A program made the translations under genes and the position numbers. Below the pieces are notes generated by a model. That model searched no databases, was not told the origin of the DNA, and saw nothing but the letters and a program-made list of their open reading frames with translations. Positions 7,551-15,900 of a DNA stretch of 64,000 nucleotides are shown here, one piece after another. This DNA comes from a virus: IMG/VR virus record IMGVR_UViG_3300020385_000005, positions 1-64,000 of that record. One strand, given 5' to 3'. Each line of letters begins with the position of its first letter. The stretch's first letter is position 1.

Positions 7551-7628
7551 TTAGTTGTATGGCTTTTGAAGTTCTATGGCTGCCCAGCCAAAGAACACTG
7601 CTATTGATAAGAAAATTAGAATTACCAT
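7551..7628 (-). CDS. possible 25-aa single-TM micro-ORF
   Basis: MVILIFLSIAVFFGWAAIELQKPYN. Its ATG overlaps the stop of 7628..8371 (TAATG). Confidence 0.35.
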   Translation of the reverse strand: MVILIFLSIAVFFGWAAIELQKPYN

Positions 7629-8371
7629 TATTTGGTCTCCTTGTGATCCATCATCCAGCGAATTATGGTGATGGTGTTAAAAAAGCCGAGCGTCTTCAGT
7701 GTTTTTGAGCAGATTAGCTCATACTCTTGCCACTCGTCTTTCTTTTTTAGGGCGTGTCTCGCTAGTACGTTTTCAATTGTATTGATAGAAGAGATTTTGA
7801 TTGAGAATCCAGAGGAAATCAATCTTTCTTGCCCTTTTATCATACTCTCGCTACGTAATGGTAAGAGAAGTAGACTCCACTCTTCATCAGCCATACGAGC
7901 GGCTGATACGAGCTCTTTTTCATTCTCTTTGATATCACAACGTGGTTCTTCTGCAACTATTCTTTCAACGATAGGTGCTAAGAGAGCTTTCGCAGCTAAG
8001 AGTTTCCTAGCGTGTTTGTTGAGAAAAGCCTCTGGTGCTTTGGCTGCTGTTACTTTTGGCAGCAGTTCTCCAAGATACCATAATCCAAGCAGAGAGAAGA
8101 CTGTTGTAAACAGTCCCCATTGCCACCCACAATATGAACCCACCAAGAAACCATTCAACATGCTGAAGCCAGCATTTGCTAAATGGTTTGCCAAGGCACA
8201 TGTGCCTAATGATCTTGTGCCGCCATCGACGAACCTCTTAGCTTCTTCCGACAACTTGTTGCTGTCGGCGATGTTCATTGCGACCTCACCTCCGCTGAAG
8301 AGGAATGAGAGAGAGGATTGAAGGGTGAGAATTACTGAGGAAATGATTTTAAACATTTTTAGCTCTTTCAT
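7628..8371 (-). CDS. membrane-associated hypothetical protein (247 aa)
   Basis: Protein-like sequence with hydrophobic N-terminus and central helices. The antisense ORF 7665..8321 is Ser-rich junk. Start is uncertain (alternative ATG at 8356). Confidence 0.5.
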   Translation of the reverse strand: MKELKMFKIISSVILTLQSSLSFLFSGGEVAMNIADSNKLSEEAKRFVDGGTRSLGTCALANHLANAGFSMLNGFLVGSYCGWQWGLFTTVFSLLGLWYLGELLPKVTAAKAPEAFLNKHARKLLAAKALLAPIVERIVAEEPRCDIKENEKELVSAARMADEEWSLLLLPLRSESMIKGQERLISSGFSIKISSINTIENVLARHALKKKDEWQEYELICSKTLKTLGFFNTITIIRWMMDHKETK

Positions 8372-8544
8372 GGAGAATGTGTATTAAATAGATCTTTAAT
8401 ATAACAACTTTTAAAGTTTCGTCTTGTCAAACCTTCAAGTTGTTAATAATAAAGAAGAAAAAAGATTTTTTGAACGCAATAGCAAATCAGTTAATGATTT
8501 TCGCGCGCATTATTCTTTTTTTTGAGAACCTCTGCTATCAGCAG

Positions 8545-8975
8545 AACTGACATTGCCTGCACCCAACTACGAAGAAGTAGTTCTCATGAGGGGCTGCTGG
8601 AGAGGGAAGGGTTCGAACCTTCTATCTTATCTGCTTTAGATTGAGGTTTAGGACATGTGGCGCTAACCACATCTCAATCGATTTCTAACCATGCATACTT
8701 TCAATAACGTTAAGGCGTCCTACTTCCGTCACGTTGTTGACTCTTTGCACAGTTATCAAGTTTGCAGACAAACCACTATACCTGGATTAGTGATTCTCTC
8801 CCCATATACTGACCTAACGGAATGCAGAGGAGTCGAACCCCTGCAACTCGCGAACGAGCACCATCCTTTTTTCGAATATAAGCTCAGCAAAACTTATAAC
8901 GGCTTCAATAAAGAACTTGCTGGTTCTCTATTTCCACGGATCTTCCTAGAACACCTAATAGAAGTCGAATCTATT
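8545..8975 (-). ncRNA. ORF-free structured block with tRNA-like modules (unclassified)
   Basis: Minus strand contains a D-arm plus Cys-type anticodon-loop-like 5' part (8760-8803) and a T-arm GAAGG-UUCGAAC-CCUUC plus acceptor-like CCUCUCC-A (8598-8622). It also has an 8-bp T-loop hairpin (8823-8845), a UUCG hairpin (8847-8858), and a 7-bp long-range helix GAUUGAG/CUCAAUC. No complete cloverleaf can be drawn. Confidence 0.3.
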
Positions 8976-8977
8976 AA

Positions 8978-8994
8978 AGCCCCCGAAATGGGCT
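8978..8994 (-). terminator. weak hairpin 3' of 9011..9526
   Basis: AGCCC-AUUUCGG-GGGCU followed by UUUAAUAG. The T-run is poor. Confidence 0.3.
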
Positions 8995-9010
8995 AGGTGT
9001 CGTGTGTGGC

Positions 9011-9526
9011 TTAGAGCTTTTTGAGCTCGAGCCACTTGTTGAGGGGGCCTTTAGCGTTGTAAAACGCTTTAAGGTCCTGTTGGGACAGGCCTGCGACTTG
9101 GCGCAGGTGTTGATCCACTGATGACGAAACGTTTTCGTCGTCGTCAGCGCTCACTAGCGCTTCAAGGGGAAGGTCGAAGACCCTCACCGGAGAGTGGTTG
9201 ACAATCTCAAACCATCCGCCATTATTATGGTAGATGGAGACAGAGACGCAGTCGTTCTCGTCAATACAACGTTTGACGTTCCCGTGTTGGAGCGGGTCGC
9301 CTCCGACAGAGAACAACCCCTCGTGAGGAAGAATGAGCTCAACAAATTCCCTTGGGAATCGGTGGGCGAAGTCTATTATTAGACCCACCCACATCCCCTT
9401 GAGACCTAAGGCCTCGGGAGCAAGGTAAGATATGAGATTGAGTGACAGGTGTTTTTCCTCATCTACCGAGGAGACTCTCTTCATGAGGATTTTGTAGATG
9501 GTGATGATTGCTTGACGTTTTGTCAT
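9011..9526 (-). CDS. hypothetical protein (171 aa)
   Basis: The ORF-track start at 9562 is GTG; the first ATG at 9526 (MTKRQ...) is used here. Composition is G+C-richer than the early block. Confidence 0.5.
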   Translation of the reverse strand: MTKRQAIITIYKILMKRVSSVDEEKHLSLNLISYLAPEALGLKGMWVGLIIDFAHRFPREFVELILPHEGLFSVGGDPLQHGNVKRCIDENDCVSVSIYHNNGGWFEIVNHSPVRVFDLPLEALVSADDDENVSSSVDQHLRQVAGLSQQDLKAFYNAKGPLNKWLELKKL

Positions 9527-9900
9527 GACTTCTTCTTTCTGTGGCGTGTTAGAATGGCGCACTTCTTAAAAGGGCGCGCACATTCATTATTTTCCCTCTA
9601 TAAGGAACAAAACTAAAGCATACTTTAACATTTGTGCTTGTAGCTTAAAGAGACAAAACTACTCCACTAAACAACAAGTGAGCAAGATATGTCTCGCAAC
9701 AGAGAGATAGAGGAACTGTAGCAGGTTCACTGCTGAAAGGGGCTTTTAGAGCCCCTATTGTCTGGTTTTGACTTGTTTAGGGTAGGTATGAGGGTGGTCT
9801 GAGGTGGTGTTAGGGTAGGACTTGACTAGGTGCACCCTGATTTTATCTCTTTATAACTATAAATCCTTATATATTAGGTATTTATGTTACTTTTAACTTA

Positions 9901-9942
9901 ATTATAACAAGGAAAGACAAATAAATCGTCACGTCTCGTCAC
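9901..9942 (-). promoter_or_regulatory. extended -10 promoter candidate plus GTGACGAG motif (copy A)
   Basis: On the minus strand TGTTATAAT (9909-9901) is a perfect TGnTATAAT. GTGACGAGACGTGACG (9942-9927) lies upstream, immediately after the terminator at 9951-9982. Confidence 0.45.
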
Positions 9943-9950
9943 TTTTCAGC

Positions 9951-9982
9951 TAAAAAAAGAGTGTTTACCCCCTAGGGAAACT
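9951..9982 (-). terminator. intrinsic terminator closing the ORF-free unit
   Basis: Minus strand: GUUUCCC-UAGG-GGG(U)AAAC, then ACUC and a run of 7 U (plus-strand A run 9952-9958). Confidence 0.5.
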
Positions 9983-11468
9983 AGTCTCCTGTGCTTTAAA
10001 CGCACTTTTTGAGACTCGGAGGAGTTCTACCATATGGGAACTCTACCCCGGCCTACATCACTTCGATATAGGTCTTGATGGGATTGGTGTGTACTCTTTG
10101 CGCTTTCACGCCGAGGAGACCAGTACGCTGATCATTATCCCCCTCCGCCTTTAAGTGAACTTCACATACGTATATGTGTGGGGTGGCTTCACCATGACGG
10201 CAACCATTATCCCCTAAACTCACAATGATGGGCTCGAACCACCAAATGCAAAGGCAAGAGTTGTAGCTCTTGATACGCCTGGTCCTCACATATCTACAAA
10301 TATGCAACTTCCATTTGCTCCTCCCTCTGCACGCCGAAACCGGACTGTGCATATATCTCCAGTAATAAGGAGAATGAATAAGCTAAAGCAGAACTTTAAC
10401 ATATTAATTCACAGTATTACCGCGTCCCGCAAAGGGGATTTCAGGTGGCAAGTACTTACTACTTTGACTAGACGCATGCATCTAGGCTTTTCGCTTTCTT
10501 TGCCACCATATCTCATTCTTCACCAGAAGAGATTCACCGTTTATTTCCATTATCACTCCCCCGCTAAGGTTCGCTTACTGGATCATCGGTTTTGCATTTT
10601 CCCACTCCCGCTAAGGAGCTTCCATGCCAGGGCCATTTTCATTTAGGCTACCCTTGGGTTAGTTCTTCAACAAACGAATTGTTGAAGATATTCTTATAAT
10701 GAATGCATTCACTAATTTGGGGACTTTCCTTCCCCGAGAAATTCTTTATTGACTTACTTACCATGCCTGATAATAGCCACTGTATTTTGACCTGCTGACA
10801 TGAGGCGCATATGGGTTTGTTTTTTCTACAAACCGCGCACACCCCTTGTCTAAGGGTACTGGTTTTATCTCCAGCGACATAAGTTGCGACCTTATGCCAG
10901 TAACCCGCTTACCATTTCTCATTGGTATCCTTTGGAACATGAACTTATCATTCATTTCCGCAGGTAAGACCCGAAGGTCTAAGCGAGCACTATGCTTTTC
11001 TTTACGAAGGCGCATCTGGCTTCCGTTGAAAATTCTAATGTTCTTTTTTTTAAGTGTTTAGAAAATCACTGGGCCCAGCGTTAGCTGTCTTGATGAGAAA
11101 AGTGTTTCGTTCCCCTAAAGGACATCACTAATTAAAGCGATGCTAGCAGAGAGAAGCTCCACTAGACTCATCAGCCACGTCAACCCCAAAGGGCTTCAGC
11201 AGGACACTACTCAATTGATTTAACTGGCGACATTACGTCCGTTCATCAATTAAGATTTTGCCGACTTTTTTATGATAAAAGTCTAAATCATATGTAATAT
11301 TTTTAAGCCTGCTACATAACATTATGGCTTCCATTTTAAAGACTTGGATGTCTTGACCTTTTATTTCGCAGTGTGGTGGCGCGCCGCCATCATTCCACTC
11401 TATCTGCTTCTACACAGGTCTTCTCTTCATTTATATAGACCTCAAGAGAATAAGGCCTGAGATTATTA
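9983..11468 (-). ncRNA. candidate large structured ncRNA (unclassified, about 1.5 kb)
   Basis: There is no credible ORF. The block is dense in hairpins: a T-loop hairpin (10226-10244), c(UUCG)g (10967-10980), a 9-bp perfect hairpin (10665-10687) and a GC hairpin (11374-11389). A 14-mer is duplicated at 10554-10569 and 10603-10616. The block is bracketed by a motif and a terminator. Confidence 0.4.
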
Positions 11469-11486
11469 CGTCTCGTCTCGTCACAC
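11469..11486 (-). promoter_or_regulatory. GTGACGAG motif (copy B)
   Basis: Minus strand: GUGUGACGAGACGAGACG followed by TAATAAT and an AT-rich tract, at the head of the ORF-free unit. Confidence 0.35.
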
Positions 11487-11563
11487 CTTTCGGTTAACGA
11501 ATTTGAGAAACACCGATGTAGCTATATTGCTAATTACGGTGTTCTCGCGAACAGAACGAGTGA

Positions 11564-12169
11564 TTACTTCTTCTTCGGAGGCTTGACGGGATCTTCTACC
11601 TGGGGAGGTTGGATTGCTAGTCCAACACTCTCTGCCGCTACCCAGCTAATACCGCGGTCTTGCGACACGAGTGTACCAACGGGCAACATAGAAGATCCAT
11701 CATGAGGCGCCGCAGCACTTGTACTCATGTCCCACACATACCACGAAGGCTGAGCGGGAGGTTGAATTGGAGCCGCTACAGGAGCTTGTACTGGAGTACT
11801 AGCCGCAGCCGCAGCCATCTCTTGTCCTCGGATAAAACCGAGCTGTTGGTTGAGTTGTTGAGTCTCCAACGACAAGGCAGAGATTTTATACTCTGCAGCT
11901 GCATCAAGATCGTTTAGCTTCTTGATGTGCTTAGCACGCAAATTCAAGACCAGCGTCGTACCCTCCCCAACCAAATCACTCACCGCGACTGCATCCACCG
12001 GATCGACGACGGCACCTGCGCCGCCTATACCCTGCAAATTCTTCGAGACAAGTTTTTGACCCTTGAAGATCTTTGCCAAACGCTGTGTCTCCGACAACAG
12101 CGCTACTTCCTCCGCCAACTCCTGAAGCTTCTTCTCAATCTGTTCACTGTTGTTCAATTGGTATAGCAT
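11564..12169 (-). CDS. coiled-coil / Ala-Pro-rich protein (201 aa)
   Basis: AGGAGG RBS. N-terminal heptad-like region; C-terminal PVQAPVAAPIQPPAQP and a KPPKKK tail. Confidence 0.6.
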   Translation of the reverse strand: MLYQLNNSEQIEKKLQELAEEVALLSETQRLAKIFKGQKLVSKNLQGIGGAGAVVDPVDAVAVSDLVGEGTTLVLNLRAKHIKKLNDLDAAAEYKISALSLETQQLNQQLGFIRGQEMAAAAASTPVQAPVAAPIQPPAQPSWYVWDMSTSAAAPHDGSSMLPVGTLVSQDRGISWVAAESVGLAIQPPQVEDPVKPPKKK

Positions 12170-12280
12170 AATTTCCTCCTACAGAACGGGGCTAACCTTG
12201 TTAAAAAAAGACAACAATGGATCAAACATTTTCCTAACTAAATCTTGATAACAAACAAGAAATAGAAAATAAAAAATATT

Positions 12281-12298
12281 ATCACCTCGTCACACACA
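12281..12298 (-). promoter_or_regulatory. GTGACGAG motif (copy C)
   Basis: Minus strand: GUGUGUGACGAGGUGATAATAT followed by an AT-rich leader of the 12169 gene. Confidence 0.35.
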
Positions 12299-12392
12299 AG
12301 GGGAGCGAGCTTGCGAGCTGGGAGCTTGCGACCTCCTCGTCTCCGCGTGCGGAGTCAGCTTGTCTGGCGGAGTCTTTGCATTTTGTTTAACG

Positions 12393-12470
12393 GAGGATGC
12401 AAAACCCCCATTGAAAGAAATAAATTAAAAAAACCCCCCAAGTCGCCGAAGCAACCTGAGGGGTTTTTTT
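12393..12470 (-). terminator. terminator plus conserved box, cassette copy 1
   Basis: A 13-bp stem with a c(UUCG)g loop (12434-12463) is flanked by T/A runs. On the minus strand it is followed by TTTTTTTAATTTATTTCTTTCAATGGGGGTTTTGCATCCTCC. Confidence 0.65.
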
Positions 12471-12494
12471 AATTATACATAGCTACCTAACTTA

Positions 12495-12965
12495 TTATAG
12501 ATCGAGATCTATATTTCCGTTAGAAGGAGTAGGTGGTTGTACAGGCGGCGGTACCGATGCTGGAGGTGCCGTATCTACTCCATCTGCGTGAGCGTCAGGA
12601 GTCGGTGGCGCTACATGAGGTGTAACATCCGCACTTGTGGCACTAGTAGCAGCAGGAGGAGGAGGGGCAATAGGAGGGGGAGCAGGCTCATTCGAGCTAG
12701 CAGTATTGCTGTTAGCATTACCACTACCTTTATTCGAAGCAGTCTTGCGACCTTCCTTTCCATAGATTTCTGTACAGGCAATTTTTACTGTCTGCACTGC
12801 ACAATCCGCGTTGAAGTTAGTAGTATGGCTAATACTACGCTTCTCTGATCCTTCTTCCGTCCCAGCTAGGGCTATACATTTTTCAGCATAACTTTTCGCC
12901 AAATCGGGGCACAATTCCTTTAACGATAGGAACAGTTCCTTGTCTATAATGTCGTTGCTCATCAT
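12495..12965 (-). CDS. Pro-rich protein (156 aa)
   Basis: AAGGAG RBS lies 8 nt after the giant-gene stop. C-terminal half is APPPIAPPPPAA...VPPPVQPPTP, TonB-like in composition only. Confidence 0.6.
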   Translation of the reverse strand: MMSNDIIDKELFLSLKELCPDLAKSYAEKCIALAGTEEGSEKRSISHTTNFNADCAVQTVKIACTEIYGKEGRKTASNKGSGNANSNTASSNEPAPPPIAPPPPAATSATSADVTPHVAPPTPDAHADGVDTAPPASVPPPVQPPTPSNGNIDLDL

Positions 12966-12973
12966 ACTCTCCT

Positions 12974-15900
12974 TTAAGCCTTGAAGCCGTTGTAAGCCAT
13001 AATGAAGTGCTTCATAGTTTCAACGTCCCATTCAGGGTTCACTGGAGTATTGACTCCCAACAGAGTTGTATCCACTCCGTAGGTTTTGGTGATCTGCCCA
13101 AAAAGCTTTCTCACCGAACTTACAGATTGGTTACGCACTGAGTACATCATTCGAGCACGCATATCCTCACCATCACCGTTGTCGTCATCAGGCACCTCAT
13201 TAGCAATACCAACCAAACAGAAGAGCAAAGAAGGTGACAGAGTCATTAAGTACGACATTCCTCTCCAACTATCTGGATGATTCACCAACGCATCCAACCC
13301 CTGAATCGATGCATTCAGTGGACTCGGAAGTGTAACTCCATTGTCGCCAGTGATTTCCGTCTTAAAGACACTTCTTATACTGCCATCATAGCCTGGGCTG
13401 GCATTTTCATACGCACCATTAGCAACCCAGAGCTCAAAATCGCCGTGAAACAACGAATCTTTAGCTCTGGTTTGCTTGTTTTCCTCAATCTGAGCAGCTC
13501 CCAAAGCGCTATGCCATTGCATTGAAGAGCCTCGACCTTTAAGCTTTTCATCCTTGAATATGCCGACTTTCACATTGTCAAAAGCAGCTTTCATGAAATC
13601 AAACACCTCAGCAGGTGCTTGTCCACGAGATTGTTGCTTATCACCACAACCTGCCATTGTAAAGCCATAGTAGCGATACATTTGACTTGGCAATGCCTTG
13701 CTGTCCTTCAGATCCGAAGCAAACAATTTTGGCGCTTTTGATTTGGCACCGTAGTAAGTTGGCATCCATACCGTCTTAGTCAGCTGCATCTCATAAAGAA
13801 GTTGCGCTCTGTCTCCGTCTTCCATTTCTCTGAAGTTCGGCACATCAATACTGTCTTTGTAATCTAAATCAATTACAATTGAGTGAGGATATGTCGTCAT
13901 GAAGAACTCCTGGACTACGATCACAGAATCGCGAACGTCACCCGCATCAATAGGTGCATGCAAATGATAAGGTCGGAACCAATTAGAATCATCCAACCCT
14001 AATGTAGCGCGACAAGTAGCGCTATCTTCAAAGTCGTAGTGAAATGTTTTGCAATCAGACTGCGGGTTTTTGAATGTCCATAGTCCGTATGCCAAGAACA
14101 CGTGATCGGCAGTAGTCACATGACCAACACCGCAACGGAATTGGGCTTGAAGCCACTGTATAGCGTCAAATTCTCCGAAAGTGCAGACAGCCATTTGGTA
14201 CATTGGAGAATCAATAAAGATATAACCCCAATCAGTTGCTACGGTAGTATCCATGTAACACCGTGCGTCTTTGTCCTGGCGTGTCACTCCGAGACGAGGA
14301 ACCTGTGTCAAAAACTCCAAGTTATGCCCACTCATTAAAGCTTCATGTGCTACGGCAAGTTTGCAATCCTCTGGCACTGGAAACTCAATCACTGACCGAA
14401 CAGACTCTACGCCCTCTTCATCTACTTCAAAGATTCCTCCACGAACGATCTCATCGAACTGGTTGTTAACCATGTTCATGTCCATAATATCGTCTTTGAC
14501 AATGACTTTGTTGGCGTACTCCACCAAGCGTCCAACTTGCACAATTGGGCTGGCGTAAGCCTTAAAGCCTGCTAGTAAAGCGCTTCGGTTTTCACGATAA
14601 AATGCGAACACCTCTTCCGCTGTATTAAGACTCAGCAAGCCGTAAGTCGTTTTAGCCTCGTTTTGGATCCATGTCGATAGGTCTGCACCTAGGATCTTTG
14701 CGATATCGTCAACAAGCGACTCCCCATAGGTAGCCTTCTCAACAAGCTCTAACACTCGATCAGTGCTATCTTGACGGTTATCACTTCGCTCCATATCTTC
14801 GTAAGCTTCCTCAAGCGCTCCGAAGTACTCTGAGGCGATCCACTCAGTGATCTTACCAGTAAGGTCCTCGCTCTCGGTAGCTGCAACATGATACAGTTCT
14901 GCCTTGGAGACATTAGCAAGAGACTGGCTTGCAATCAAGAATTCTTGCACGCTCTCTAAAGAGCAGACCTTTTGCGCTGCTTTGTATTGCTGATGCAATG
15001 TGATCATCTCTGATTTATTGCGACCTTGCAACATGGGAGCATCCTCCCCTTCGAATTGGGTGTCTGCCCACTGCTTGAACGCAGGATAATTACCCATGAT
15101 ATCGATGAGGAACTCGCAGTCCTTAGTCTTCACCAATTCAGACAAGAAGTCTACACCTGCTTCCAAGTCGTTAACCTCTCTCTTGCCCATACTGTCAATA
15201 GCACGGATAGCCAAGATCATCATGCCTCCAAGAGCATCCATCTTATCTTCATTAGACAGAGCTCTTACACTTAGAGCGTTACGCCAGGTTCTAGCGAACT
15301 GACGCAAATACTTTAATTGATCTGACTCAATCGAGAGGAATGAATTTGAACCAAGAGCAGCGCGTAGATATTGTTTCATATCCGAGCCAGATGACACTTG
15401 ATCTATCTGAGTCTTTTCAGACTGAGATTTCGCTTGTGCTGCGTCAATAGCTTTATCAATATAAGCAAAGTACATTGCTCTCATGATTTGTTCTGCTTTC
15501 CAACCATCGAAGTACGGTATATACGCCTTGTTATCTACTGCTTGAGAGACAAATTCCGCGAATCTAGACTCACTTAACATGAATTCAGGTTTCATGAAAT
15601 CACTCATGCCCTTACATTCAATGGAGCAAACATCTTCATAAATGGCTTTGATTCTTGCTCGCATAGAAGAAAACACTCCTGGAGCTTGAGTGTTGTCTTT
15701 CATGTAACCAAGCTTTTGATAGCTTGATACCATCTTTGGCCAAACCCAATAGTACTCTACTTGCTGTGCCGTAACAGGGGACAAACCATATGAAGTTCTG
15801 CGGTTGTTAAACCATTTTGCCAACTCTTCCCAATTTGCCTTAGGCACCTTAGTGCTGCAGTCAAATAGGTCCTGCAGCTCTGACATATCTCCAAAGGTAA

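Noticed and set aside
7665-8321. 218-aa plus-strand ORF competing with 7628..8371.
   Set aside because: It has Ser-rich low-complexity composition and is on the opposite strand to all neighbours. The minus-strand product looks like a real membrane-associated protein.
8398-8430. Sigma70-type promoter for the 8371 gene (TTGACA on the minus strand at 8430-8425).
   Set aside because: The best -10-like hexamer (TATATT) is 21 nt away, and the hexamer at 17-nt spacing (TTGTTA) is poor.
8598-8803. tmRNA or intron-containing tRNA-Cys hypothesis for the T-arm/acceptor and D-arm modules.
   Set aside because: No 3' anticodon-stem strand (ACAAA) precedes the T-arm. The acceptor pairing is only 6 bp. No plausible tag ORF ending in hydrophobic residues is present, and about 205 nt is too short for a tmRNA and too small for a group I intron. 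It is kept only as tRNA-like modules.
8823-8845. Additional tRNA genes suggested by GGTTCGAnnCC T-loop signatures (also at 10226-10244).
   Set aside because: The flanks extend the T-stem to 6-8 bp hairpins, and no matching acceptor, D or anticodon arms can be drawn. These are T-loop hairpins, not tRNAs.
8691-8996. 101-aa plus-strand ORF.
   Set aside because: It is on the opposite strand to all neighbours, spans the tRNA-like hairpins, and has no SD. It is probably a chance ORF.
10053-11061. Five ORF-track ORFs (64-114 aa) on both strands inside the 2-kb gap.
   Set aside because: They overlap one another, have Cys/Arg/His/Trp-rich non-protein-like composition, and lack RBS context. I treat them as chance ORFs in a non-coding (RNA) region.
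12301-12345. Short imperfect repeats GAGCTTGCGAGCTGGGAGCTTGCGA upstream of the 12169 gene.
   Set aside because: There are only two short copies with small hairpin potential. This is too little to call a regulatory element.
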